A stretch of DNA of 64,000 bases from Ginglymostoma cirratum (Eukaryota): contig JAHRHZ010000068.1 in the NCBI GenBank assembly GCA_024137785.1, positions 2,180,928 to 2,244,927 of the forward strand, given 5' to 3'. Both the position numbers and the translations under genes were made by a program. Under the pieces are notes generated by a model, which made no database searches, was not told the origin of the DNA, and saw only the letters and a list, made by a program, of their open reading frames with translations. Positions within the stretch are counted from its first letter, which is position 1, and each line of letters begins with the position of its first letter. This document shows positions 11,886 through 23,770 of the stretch, piece after piece.

Positions 11886-13609
11886 TGATGCATTAATTAG
11901 AAATTCCTGATTGGGGGGTGGGGTGAGTGTGGGTGGGTGGTGTGATCTCCCTGTCGTACAGATTCCTTGAATATTTTCTTGTAAATAAACATGAAATATA
12001 ACATGTTCTAAGCAACAGGGCAAGGAATAATTATGTACATATTGCACTATTTGATAATAAACTATATTTTTTGTTTTCAATGGTTTGGTTCAGATTTTTG
12101 CTTTACTGATTTCTAAAAATGCGCAGTATTGCAAGTTGTCATTTGCATTACACAAAGCATTTTTAAAGGAATGTCTGCATTTCACAATTCTAAGTAGCAG
12201 CTTCTGTAGTAATTGGATTAAGCAGCATTTTAAAAAAGACAAAAAGTACTTAAGCTGTACTCTACACTAATGCTGGCAGGAAGGCAATGATGGCTATTGT
12301 AGCAGTTAGATGTTCATAACTGCTAACTTCTAACTTTATCTTACACTTTAAATCACTAATCTCCAAATGAAACTTCCACATTTTAAAATATCAGTGCTTA
12401 AGATTAAAACGTACATTTTGCTAAGTCTGTCTTATCTACTTGAAAAATGCAAGAGTCAGTAAGAAGTTATGCAGTAGAAACCACTTATGCTGTATTTACA
12501 TGTGGTAGGAAATACCACCGTATACGCACACTCTTTTATTGAGTAAAAAAGTCTTTAAAACAAAAATAGTTTAGACAAAATATCTTCTGAAATAAATCAA
12601 GGGTATTTTGCATCTGATAAAATATGACTTAGGGGAGCTCATATAAAAATGCTTTGTATGTTTAATTTGCATGAACTGGTGATCTTGTCTGATGTGCTTT
12701 CTCCAGACCAATGTAGGTGTGTGCAGCAGTATTGAATGGGTGGATTAGATGTAACAGCAATGCACCATTAAATAATGAAAAATAAATAATTCTGGTTTAA
12801 AAAATTATTGCACATAAAACACTGATGTATATCTGCAGTAATTTCATTAGTGGTTTACATTATATATTTTACAATTAATTAAATGGCTCTCTAGTTAATC
12901 TTTTATTGCTACTTTTGATTGAAGGAAGAACATATGACAGGACACATATGGAGCTGCTTTGCACTTTTTCAAAAGTAGTACCATAAAATTTTAATATACA
13001 CCTTTATGGGAAGATGAGTCTTTGGATTAATGACTTATTCAAAATATGTCACATTTGACAAAATAGCAGTGCGCGCTGTATGGTCAGGCTGCAAGTTTAT
13101 ATTAATTGCTGAAGTATTAGGTTTGAGCACAATCTCATGACTTTCTGACAGAGAGAAGAGCACTAACTGCAAGCAACTGCCGCTAATTTTGAAACCGATA
13201 CCAGCCCATTGGCATTTTAATATCAATACAATTTTAAGATTACTCATGTTTCCTAAAGTTACAGATTTCAAATTCACAATGACTTTATTGATCATGGTGC
13301 TAAACTGCAAATTATTTTAACATGCTTTCTAAGTTTACTTTTGAAGTAGAAAAATGTTTTACATTGAAATAATGGAATCCTGAAATGCTTTCTGTTATTG
13401 TATAAAAGTTAATTGTCAGATAAAAGCACTATACCATAGGGAAGTGTAGCATGGTTTGCATCTGAATTACACTATGTTGATTTTACATATTTAAATCTAA
13501 ATTATTCCTTCAAGGCATGTGCAGAATGGAGACCATAAACTTTATTTTACAGTAAGGAGAAAAAGAAAGGCATCATGACTCATTCATATGCCCCTTTTCA
13601 CCTTTAAAT

Positions 13610-13870
13610 CATAAGGCTATGCAATGATTTCAATACAAAGGAGGTCATTCAGAACATTATATCCATTCTGGCTTTCTGGAGGAGCAAGTTGTCTCATGAC
13701 ACTCAACCAATATTTCCCTGCGTACCTGCAAATCTTCTGTACTTAATAATTAATATATTACCTTTTGAAAGTCAGGGCTGATTCTGTCTCAACAAACTCT
13801 CAGACAGTGCAATCCGCTCCCTAACAAACAGCTGTGTTAGAACAGTTTCTCATGTCGTTGTAGTAGCTTG
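13610..13870 (-). mobile_element. CR1 3' UTR fragment
   Basis: aaggaggtcattcag..ctctcagacagtgcaatccgctccctaacaa, resembling the other minus-strand CR1 tails in the window. Confidence 0.45.
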
Positions 13871-14021
13871 TGCTGGTCATGTTCAAATAATATCCTTTCC
13901 TCTTGTTCCACAATGCCTTCTTCCTCATTGAGTTAGAACAAACTGGTGTATGCTTTAGAAACTCTTATCCTTCTCTGCACTTTACATTATTACTATTTAA
14001 GTCTACAAGAGGAAAATTAAA

Positions 14022-14115
14022 GACCTGAAGAAGAGTAATATCCAAAACATTGACTTCTGCTTTCCTCCAGATGCTGCCTGGCTTACTATGTTCTTCCAGC
14101 CTCCTGTTTGTCTAC
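14022..14115 (+). repeat. Penelope-derived short repeat, degenerate
   Basis: ctgaagaagagtaatatccaaaacattgac..cctccagatgctgcctggctt..ttcttccagc has the same layout as 52390-52470. Confidence 0.55.
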
Positions 14116-14169
14116 CCATTATAGCAAGTCTGTCTGCCTGAGAAATAACATGGCAGTGCCTAATTTGTT

Positions 14170-14950
14170 GTAGTTAATTTTATCAGGGAATAGTGAATGC
14201 TGCAGGTGTAAAGAGTGGAATAAAGTTAGCGGAGATTGGTGGGAAAATTGTAGCTGAGCAAGGAGAGATGTTTCAGATAGACTCAGGGTTTGAATGATAT
14301 GGCAAACAACTCCAGAGCTCCCTGGATGAAAAGGGAAATATAAATTAATATTTAAAAAAAAGAAAATGTGCTTATGGTAGGTGTCAGGTAGGAAGCACAA
14401 GTGAAAACTAAATTAGATGCAAAATGATCAGAAGGGAAGTGAAAATTCAAACAAGAGAAGCAAAGAGGGAATATAAATAAAGACTCTTTTAAAGGCACTT
14501 AAATAATAAAAGTCTGGTAAAAGGAGGAGCAAGGCCATTTAGATACAAAAAGAAGATTTACACATGGAAGCAAGGAGCATAGCTGAGGTTTCAATTGAAT
14601 ATCTTACATCTGTCTTTCCCAGTAAGCAGATGTTACCCAGACCACAGTGACAAAGGAGGAAATTCAGTTACTACAAGAGTTTAAAATTAAGAAGGGTAAT
14701 ACATTGGATAAACTGGTGGTACTTAGATTTGACAAGGCACCTGAACTAGATGAAATGCATACACAGGACATTGAAGGAAGTAGGAATAGAAATTGCAGGA
14801 GCACTGGCCATAATCTTTAAGTCTACCCTAGACATAGGGATGGTGCCTAAAGACTGGAGAATTGCAAACATGTGCTTCCTCACAAAAGGCTGTAAGGGAA
14901 ATCCCAAAAATTACAGATCAGTCAGTTTAACTTCCGTAGTGGGGAAAAAA
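14170..14950 (+). mobile_element. CR1 LINE ORF2 fragment
   Basis: ORF 14750: LKEVGIEIAGALAIIFKSTLDIGMVPKDWRIAN..KGNPKNYRSVSLTSVVGK. Confidence 0.85.
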
Positions 14951-15171
14951 ATTCAGAAACACTTGACTGAATTTTACCATAAAACAGCTAAGTGTCAATT
15001 TTGCAATATTTCATGGAGGGTTTCTCTCCATGAGTTTAAGTGAGTCAGCTCATAATTATCTGGTATGCACCTCATTATATATGTTCCACACTTCTATACC
15101 ACCATGTTCACACGGTTGTGTGCTCCCCAAAGTTAAGGACTTCTCAGGATTCATGTGGCTAGTGCCATATT

Positions 15172-15520
15172 GGGGTGGCATGGTGGCTCAGTGCTAACTC
15201 ACAGCTCCGGGCACCTGGATTCAATTTCACCCTCAGGTGACTGTCTGTGTAGAGTTTGCACATTCTCCCCGTGTCTGCATGGGTTTCCTTCAGATACTCC
15301 CACAGTCCAAAGATGTGCATGTTAGGTGGATTGGCCATGCTGAATTGCCCATTGTATCCAGAGTTGTGTACGTTAGGTGGATTAGCCATGGGAAATGCAG
15401 AGGTACAGGGATATGGTAGCAGGTGGGGGTGTGGTGAGTCTGGGTGGGAAGCTCTTCAGCAGATCGGTGTGAACTCAATGGGCTGAATGGCCTGTTTCCA
15501 CACTGTAGCGATTCTATGAT
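15172..15520 (+). mobile_element. HE1-type V-SINE (tRNA-derived head, V domain, CR1-like tail)
   Basis: Head ggtggcatggtggctcagtg..ggattcaattt, V domain gtctgtgtagagtttgcacattctccccgtgtctgc, tail gggctgaatggcctgtttccacactgtag..ttctatgat. Confidence 0.9.
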
Positions 15521-16059
15521 GCTGCGATATTTAAAATCCAACCATGCACCAGCTCAAGTACTACCAGCCACAAATATACTTTGCTACATCAGCTGTCTGA
15601 CTGACTGTCATAGTAACTGGAGCTACAAGAATGAAGCTACAGAGGCTGCTCATTCTTAGCATCATGCCATGTTAGAATCCTGTCTAAGGGATTACAACTC
15701 TTTCCCTGTTACCTGGCAAAGCATGTCATCCTGTTATTGTTCAATGTTGGAGCAGCACATATTGGAAAGCCTTCAAAAAGTTGAAAACATTCACTTTTAT
15801 TAAACAACAGGAAACATGGTAAGTCTTTGGAACAACTACAAATGTGGAGACAATGAATGACCAACTCACATCTACTGGAAGCGAGTGTCAATTAAGTCCT
15901 GACTGGCATGTTACACCAGATGCTGCAGCATTCTATTATGTCTAAGGTGATGTTCCTCCTTCTTAATGTGCTCATCCTCCTTCTCAGAAGATTGCTGTCA
16001 CTGTCCCAGCACTTCAATGTCCATCAATTCCCCCCATGCCTGCTCTAGTTACACAGAAC

Positions 16060-16435
16060 ACAGCATTCATGGATTATGCAATACATTCTGTCTGGACTCT
16101 ACGGTGCCCCTGATCAATCCAAGCATCAGAGCTTTGTCTTCAAGAGACCATGTGCTCTACTGCGGCCTTAATAGGAGAATGGGCTGCATTGTATCTATGC
16201 TCAGCTTCAGGCAGGAGGTTGTGTAACAGAATTACCAGCTATGGTTGCAGGGGGTACCTTTTATCGTCCAGTGATCAGCCTTGTAAGGCATCTATCCCTT
16301 TGAGAAAAGCAGGAACCTGAGATTGCTTACAGATATAAGCATCATGGCAGCTGCCAGAGTATGTAATGCAGACTTCTAAGATATGGAACCAATGGTCACA
16401 GATGACTGGTACATTGATGGAATGCTTTCGTACCA
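16060..16435 (-). mobile_element. Harbinger/PIF (HARBI1-like) DDE transposase fossil
   Basis: Minus strand reads HSINVPVICDH..YSGSCHDAYI..LQG*SLDDKRYPLQP*L..EAEHRYNAAHS..AVEH, matching the Harbinger PGS.HD / GD.GYP / YN..H / VE motifs. Confidence 0.8.
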
Positions 16436-17044
16436 CTGGAATAATATTCAGGAACAATAGAGAAGGGGAATGAAGAGGGGCATGACTTTAATGATTAGTG
16501 ATAATAGGTACAGATTGAATGTGTTAGGTGATAAATGACATACCACCTTTACCTCCAAGATAAATCACCCAATCACATGCCAATCGGCTCACAAAGAGCT
16601 GACAAATGTGTGGGGTGAGTTTCTTGGCCTATCACAGGCTTTGGCACTGGTGTTCCTGGTCACCAGAAGCTTCCAACCAATCAGGGGCATTGTCCTTCTT
16701 GGTCATAGCCTATTCCTCAGGAGATCCAGCAGAAAGAAAATAATTAATTTCTGTCTTCTTATTTCAGGGCAAGGAGTCAACAGCAAGATTAGAGGTTTGG
16801 GGAGGCAGTCAAAGAACAGACCTCTCCACCATCCATATGTTTCTGATTGTCCCCAAATGGAGCGCTGCACTCAACCTGGCAACTAGATCACCTTGGTTTC
16901 CCAGTCACCTTTCTTACTCACCAGGAAGCCAGGTAACCAGGGAGATGGCCAGTTAGGTCCTTAAGTGGCCATTAATAACCACTCAAGGGCTTTAATTGGT
17001 AAATGGCTGAGAAGATCATCTCTAGACAATGGTGGAATTTAATT

Positions 17045-17660
17045 GTTAGGGTGGCAAGAAGGTGACAAGCATCTCTGCAGGATAAGATTGGGCTTAAGGG
17101 ACACCACTTTTGTGATCATGGGAAGCCTATACATATTTGGATGCGGTGAACTATGAAGCTGAATTCCCCATATGCATGAGCAGGCAACTGTCTTACACAA
17201 GTCCATCAAATTTTTGTAACTGGATTTCAATAGGGCTGTGTGGTAATGTTTAGAAGTGGGTCTAATGGATATAAATATAAATTCATCATTAAGAACACCG
17301 TACATTTTGAGAATGTAGTCAGGCTTGTTGAAGTTTCCTGTTCCAGTCCCTTTTTCTCAGATTTGCAAATAGATATTTCTATGTAAGCTTTGAGAATTTG
17401 TAATGCCACCTGACTTCATACTGAAGTGAATATTGGACAGGTGAGTGGATATCCTGAAACATGTGTGTCTAGATTATGTGCTTTTAAGAGTTCAGCATCT
17501 TCACAGAATGATAGTTTGTGGTGAGATATCTTGGAATAGAGGAGCGAAAACTCAGCAAATACGTCCTCTTGATGAATGTAGGATAAAGGCACACCAACAT
17601 TGAAACCACGTGTGAGGATAAACTCCTCTATTACAGAGTACATAATCAGACAGATTCACA
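17045..17660 (-). mobile_element. Penelope-like element RT N-terminal fossil
   Basis: Minus ORFs give EEFILTRGFNVGVP..EDVFAEFSLLY..LKA and LNDEFIF..PNMYRLPMITKVVSLKPNL, resembling the PLE pattern L..GL.F...P.MYGLPK.HK...LRPI. Confidence 0.65.
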
Positions 17661-18029
17661 GCATTTTTTGCAGCATCATTAGTTGTGCTGCTGAAACTTT
17701 AAAAACAGAGTTGTAAGAGGAAGTCATTAATTATACTGCTGTAAAATGATAAAATTATGGTGCTAAAAGAACACTCTGAAATGTTTACCGAGGAACATTT
17801 TGATCATTAGATCTGCAGTCCAGTTTTCTGTAAGGAGTTTCTCCTGCCACACTGAGTGGACTAGATAGAGTTTATTTTGCTAAAAATGTTAATTTCAGTT
17901 CAGATGATTTTGTTCCTCCATTTTAGTTTCCTAAAACTTAATTGATATGTATGGCCAGTTGATTGCTGTGACCATTTTAAATAACTATTTTTCCTCTTTA
18001 AAAATCATTTCACCAAAGTTTGGTATTAA

Positions 18030-18365
18030 AATCATAGAAACATAGAAAAATAAGAGCAGAAATAGCCACTCGATATGATAATTGCTGATCATACAACTCA
18101 GTACCCTGTTCCCACTTCCTCCCAAGATCCTTTGATTCCTTTCGTGCTAAGAACTATATCCAACTCTTACTTGAAATCATAAAATGTTTTGACCTTAGCC
18201 TCTTTCTGTGGCAGTGAATTCCACAGGCTCACCACTCTCTGGGTGAAGAAATTTTTCTTAATCTCAGTCTTAAATAGCCCATCCCATATTTAAAGGTGCT
18301 GTATAATTGCAGCAAGGCATCCTTGCTACTGTACTCAAATTCTCTCTCAATGAAGGCCCCTTCAT
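18030..18365 (-). mobile_element. CR1 LINE 3' end
   Basis: Tail repeat catagaaacatagaa followed by ggcagtgaattccacaggctcaccactctctgggtgaagaaatt. Confidence 0.75.
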
Positions 18366-18689
18366 AATCATTTCATTATCGATATTCAATTATGGGCACC
18401 TTTTCAAAACCCATTTGAAAATCCAGATAACTTATATTGACTGTCTGTTAAAATCCCTGGGAAATTGTTACATCTTACGGAATGGCAGGTAACTGGGATT
18501 TTCCTGGTGTGTGAAATTCATAAATATTGTTAAACAACTTTATTAACCTGAAAAGCATATTTCATACTTATGGATCCTCAAATTTCTGCATAATAATTAA
18601 AAGCTCCACATACTTTACTTCCCATTAATGTATATTTTATTTTCTATCAATTTATCTTGTTATCTGCAAATCTAATTTAAAATGTAAAA

Positions 18690-19225
18690 TACCTTGGGAG
18701 GTACCGTTGACCAGTAACTGAAGTAGACCAGCCATATAAATACTGTGGTTACAACAACAGGACAGAGGTTGAGAATTCTGAGGCAAGTTGTTCACCATCT
18801 ACAAAGTCAAAGTCAGGACTGTGATAGAATACTCTCCCATTGTCAGGGTGAGTGCAATTCCAACAAGACCCAAGAAGCTTGACATAATTCAGAACAAAGC
18901 AATCCGCTTGCTTGACACCCAATCCACTATCTTCAACATTCACCCCCTCCAGCATCGATGTACATTGACAGCTTTAGTGCATACCATCCACAACATGCAC
19001 CAACTTTCTAAGGCTCCTCCAATAATACCTTTCAAACCTATAACTTACACGACCTAGAAGGATGAGGGCAGTAGGTCGATGGAAACACCACCGCTTTCAG
19101 GTTTTTTTTCCCGAGTCACTCAACATTTTGACTTGTATGTCACTGGTTCAAACTCCTGGAATTCCTTTCCTAACTACACTCCGGGTGTATCTGCAACACT
19201 TGACCTAAAGCGGTTCAACAAGTCC
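18690..19225 (+). mobile_element. CR1-like LINE ORF2 C-terminal fragment
   Basis: TIYKVKVRTVIEYSP..KKLDIIQNKAIRLL matches the LY...VRP.LEY..W / L..IQ..A.R pattern. Confidence 0.8.
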
Positions 19226-19479
19226 TATGGTGAGTTATATTGTAAGTCATATGGCACTGATGGAACACATCCTAAATTGGTGGAAAGAAATATCGGTCGG
19301 CATATAACAGGCATTCATTAAAAAAATTTCACTCTTCATTGCATACAGGAGTCATGCCAAAGAAAACTGGAAGGTTGCCAACATTATTGTGTTATTCATA
19401 AAATAATAATGAATAAACCAGGAATTTTCAGGCCAACTGACCTAACTTCAGTGCTGATGTAATAGGGACAGGAATATCC

Positions 19480-20400
19480 AGATTGAGTTGAGGAGGGTTA
19501 ATAGTGGTAACCCTTGATTTCTGTTCTTTGAAGCACAAGATCACATCATTCACACTATGGAGAAAGATGAACTCCTAGGACCAGGAAAGAGATTTCATCA
19601 GATTGATTGCTGCACAGCAAGCACAGATCCAACCCTTGTTGTGTCATCCCGACCAGCCATCCCCAATCATGGCTACATTGAGCTTTCCCTATATTTACTT
19701 AACCACACTTTTCATAGCCTAGAATTTCTGGTAGTTTGTAGCGTAGTTGATACACCAGTGGAAGTAAGGAAGTTGAGAGTGCTCATGGGTCTTGGGGGTG
19801 AACATGTTGAGAGATTTCTGGGTATCCTTGGAAAACATACACAATAACTGCTGTGAGCAGTAAATGACAAGGTCATCAAATGGAGCTCAGGGGTTTTTGA
19901 CCTTTCTCCATTTGCTCTACATGTACATCTAGTACAGGACCCTAGGTCTGGTCAAGCAGTGAGGGGTGGGGTGTGGGGTTCGGGCTGCCCTTCTTTCTGC
20001 CCACATCATCACTGTTCCTGAATTCTCCAACCGGACAACACATCAGGCCTTACTAGAGTGTCATGTGTCTCATGTCGAAGAGCTCCTGCTTGGTATAACA
20101 CTTGGAGCCGCTCACATCACCGTAGGAGAAAAGGGTAGGGCACCCATGCAGATCGTCAGTGAAATTGGTAAAGATGTTTGCCTCCTAGCAAGAACTTTCA
20201 TAGTTATCCCTAATGCTGCCATTGTCATGGACAGTGGTCCAACTGGAGGAGATATCTCTAACCTCATTTCAAAGATGGACATTAGATTGTTGGAGGAGAC
20301 CGGAGTAGGCAACTTGTTTCTATTTTCACCAAGTAATGGACAGCTTTTGGTAAAGACAATGTCTTCACCAAGTTCATACAGATCATTCCCAGCTATGACA
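19480..20400 (-). pseudogene. Unassigned decayed protein-coding-like segment
   Basis: Two minus-strand frames with protein-like composition, many C-ending codons and scattered stops. The + ORFs 19557-19847 and 19966-20418 look like their antisense shadows. Confidence 0.4.
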
Positions 20401-20424
20401 AAAAGACCTCAATGGTAGCTTGAA

Positions 20425-20545
20425 TAAAAACAAAATATTGTGGATACTAGAAATCTGAAGTAAAGAAGAACATATTGGAGAAACTCAACAGGCCATGCAA
20501 CATCTGTGGAGAGAGAAACAGAGTTAACATATCATGTTCTGAAGT
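20425..20545 (-). repeat. Penelope-derived short repeat, degenerate
   Basis: aaaaacaaaatattgtggatactagaaatctgaa..ggagaaactcaacagg..catctgtggagagagaaacagagttaac is homologous to 27595-27730. Confidence 0.6.
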
Positions 20546-20799
20546 GAATTTGTGTTTGGTACACTAAAGGTCCTGTACAATTGCAATACGGTTGTTCCAC
20601 TATTATATTCCTTCAGCATGGTGACCAGTAATGATTTCATATGACCTAGATTAGTTGCATATGGAAGGAATGTTTGGGTATCCAAATATTTGTATTTCTA
20701 ATTCACACTCTCTGAAAAGTACACAGTTTTGCTAATTGTCTACCTGTTTACTCCTTGTGCATCACTTTCATTTACTTGTGTCTTTGGTCAACTTGTCCT

Positions 20800-22650
20800 T
20801 TATCTCAGAATGATTATTTAATTCAGTGCTGGACAATATCATTAACACGATTGATAAAATTTGTTCTGGGAATGTTAATCCCTTCTCCATGATACTGTGT
20901 GAAAATGCAGAAATTCAAAGTGAAAATCTTGCTTTGTTTCTCGACACTTGGTGATCATTGATTTCATAATATGTACAATACATCTGCTAGACTATTTGAG
21001 AATAGGAAGTGGAGTGATGATTTGACATTTATCACACCCTACTTAGTATATGTGCCTAGAAATGGTTTGCCATTTACAATTCATTGTTTGATACTATCTG
21101 ATCTAGAACGCTAACTAAACTGAATGCTAATGACAGTTGCACTCATTGTGTTGCCAAATCATTGAACAATGTGTAATTTTGAGACATAATCCACCACAAG
21201 GAGATAATCTTTCCCATGCACTGTAAATAGATGTCTTGCGACTTTCATTCAAGAAGTAGCTGTAGATGTTCCGTTCATTGCTGGTATTAATAATTTTGTA
21301 TGCCTCACATGCATCTGAGAGTCATGGATTATCCTGATTCTTCCGTGATCCATGTTATACTATGAGACAGCCTCTTGTAGACTGGAATACCCTTGCTGAA
21401 GGAGTACCCTTAGCTTTTAGATGATAACAATATGAAAAGTTTGGTCTTCTTCTGAAATTTATCTTTTTGTCAGTTGATTCTGAACCTCACTGATGGGTAT
21501 GGTGTTTGTGCACCTTCTTAACACTTACCTTGCTGCCAGTGTTGTGATGTTGCACTATCTTGTTGATCACCTGTGTTTTGTTCTAGGGTCTGACTTAGCC
21601 TTTGGAATCAGATATCCAGCACATAACTGCCCAATGTCCCTTGGTTCTCCATGTTTTACAGATGCCAAGAAAAGCTGAACAGCTTTTGAATAGGTGCGAG
21701 AAACATATCTGTTGGAGATTTTGATGGATTGGTGATCTTTGCTGATCAAAGCAATAGTGTTGGCTGCACCAAAAACATCTAATGTTTATTGGACTGCCAC
21801 TCTGCCTTCATATTCATGTCCATCCGCAAGTAATGCATCAATTGTATGCATCTTTTACTTGTTCAAATGATCCTTCCTAATGGGTTAAATTGGTTAGAGG
21901 AAATGATTAACTGAAAGATTCTCTCCAGCATCCTCTGACAAACTGCTCAATTGATTCTTGGATGTGGATTTCTTGGTATTGAATAATCCAGCAGATATTT
22001 ACTACAACTAATTGTTAGAAAGGAACATATTTGTCAGGCTCCTAAGTACATTAATATTGAGCTATCAACTTTCAAAAGAGGAGGTTACTTCCAGTAAACT
22101 GTCATATTTTAAGTGATCTGAGGTAAGATGAAGTACCATACAGTGATGATGTCACGAGTTTGGCTCCTAGAGACATACTTACATATTTAATCTGAATTGT
22201 TTTGTGACTCACAATATCGGGCATTGTCTAAAACTGGTCAAACTGATACCACTCATTTTCTGCTATGCCTTCAAATGAATTTCTACTGTTAAAGCTTTAT
22301 ACTGGATGATTCCTCTGCAAGAAGGATATTAAATTGTATTTTCATTCAGTCTTTATGTGTGAAAACGTCTTCCTTTGAATAATTTCTTTCTCAATGTGTA
22401 CTGTTTAGATAGTGGTTTGTATGTATTATCGATTTTGTCCTGCAGTAATTTTGTATCAACAATAACGTATTTGAACACCTTTGCTGTGGAATCAGACAAC
22501 TAATTAATTCACATAAACTTCATAATACCATCTACTTAGAATAAGATTGTAACAGCTGGATTTCCTACCATTAATTTTTGTGAAGTCTTGTTCCTCAAGG
22601 CAAATAACAATAGTAATTTTTGTATAATTGTGCAGTCCATCCACACTGTA
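20800..22650 (-). mobile_element. Old Gypsy pol fossil (RT-RNaseH-integrase), no LTRs recognised
   Basis: Minus strand near 21130-21250 reads KVARHLFTVHGKDYLLVVDYVSK..NTMSATVI (rve integrase core). Near 20900-20970 it reads MKSMITKCRETKQDF. An RT DII..YG-like remnant lies near 22140-22160. Confidence 0.65.
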
Positions 22651-22864
22651 CACAATTAAATAGATTAATGGCCTTGTTTTACCTTTCCAACTGTTAATCC
22701 ATCATTCATTAGAAATGTCTTTTAAAGACAGACAGAAATGTAAAATCTGCACTTGCTGTATTTGTATTTTAATCAACATTCAACGTAGTGATATTAATGT
22801 GTGTGCATGCAGCTACACCTCAGTCAGGTAGGCCACTGAAACTCATTTACACACTGAAGTAATG

Positions 22865-23770
22865 TTAGAATCATGGAATTGCAGCAGATAGATGGCCATT
22901 TGGACGATGAATTCTATTTCAAATCTCTGAAAGATCAACTCAACTAGACCCACCCTGCTGGCCATTCTCCATTATTTTCTTTCCTTCTAGACGTTTATCC
23001 AATTTCCTTTCGAAAATCAGAGAGTTTAATCTGCCACTACTGTCCTTTCGAGAAGTACATTCTGATTGCACTGCTAAGCAAGGATTATCTGATGTTGCTA
23101 TTGGATCTTTTGCTTGTTGCTATAAATTTGTGTTCTCTGATTCTCTACCCTTCTGCCAATGGGGACAACTTCTCTCTACCTACATTGTCAGGATCCCTCA
23201 TGGCTTTGAGTACCTTTATAAAATCTTCTCTTCCAGCCTTCTCTTAGGGTAAAATCTCAAACTTCTCTATTCACTCCTAATAATGGAAATCCGTCAGACC
23301 TGGAGTTTTTCTCCTATATGTTTCAAAACTCTCTTTAAGAGTTTCCCATACTTCCTAAAGTAGTGCAGCCATCATTAAATAAATTACTCCAACTGAGACA
23401 GAACCAGTGTTTTATAAAATTTCAACATAACTTTCTTGCTCTTTGTTATTCTTGGCTGCAATTTTTAAAGCCTGGGATTTAGTCAATTTCTGAAATTGTC
23501 CTACCAATGATATTTTGCACATATATCACCAGGTCTCTCTGTGACTCTACATCTTTGGAAGTACATCCTTTAATTTATAATGTTAGACCTAATTCTTTCC
23601 ACTACATCTCAATTTTTTTTAACTGCCACATTTTGTCCATTCCATCAGCCTGCCTCTTCTTGAAGTCAATAATTATCCTCCTCATGATCCACAATACCTT
23701 CAAATCGTGTTACCTACAACTTCTTAAATTGTGCCTTGCACACCCAAGACTAGTCCATTATTAAATGGCA
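22865..23770 (-). mobile_element. CR1 LINE 3' portion, degenerate
   Basis: tagaatcatgga..ggccatttgg..; cttcctaaagtagtgcagcc..tactccaactgagacagaaccagtgttttataa is antisense to LYK.LV..QLEY..W. Confidence 0.7.

Noticed and set aside
13040-13175. Possible DeuSINE-like remnant (also ~48355-48540)
   Set aside because: Similarity is too weak to support by eye.
15172-15240. tRNA-like sequence
   Set aside because: It is the degenerate head of an HE1 SINE, not a tRNA gene.
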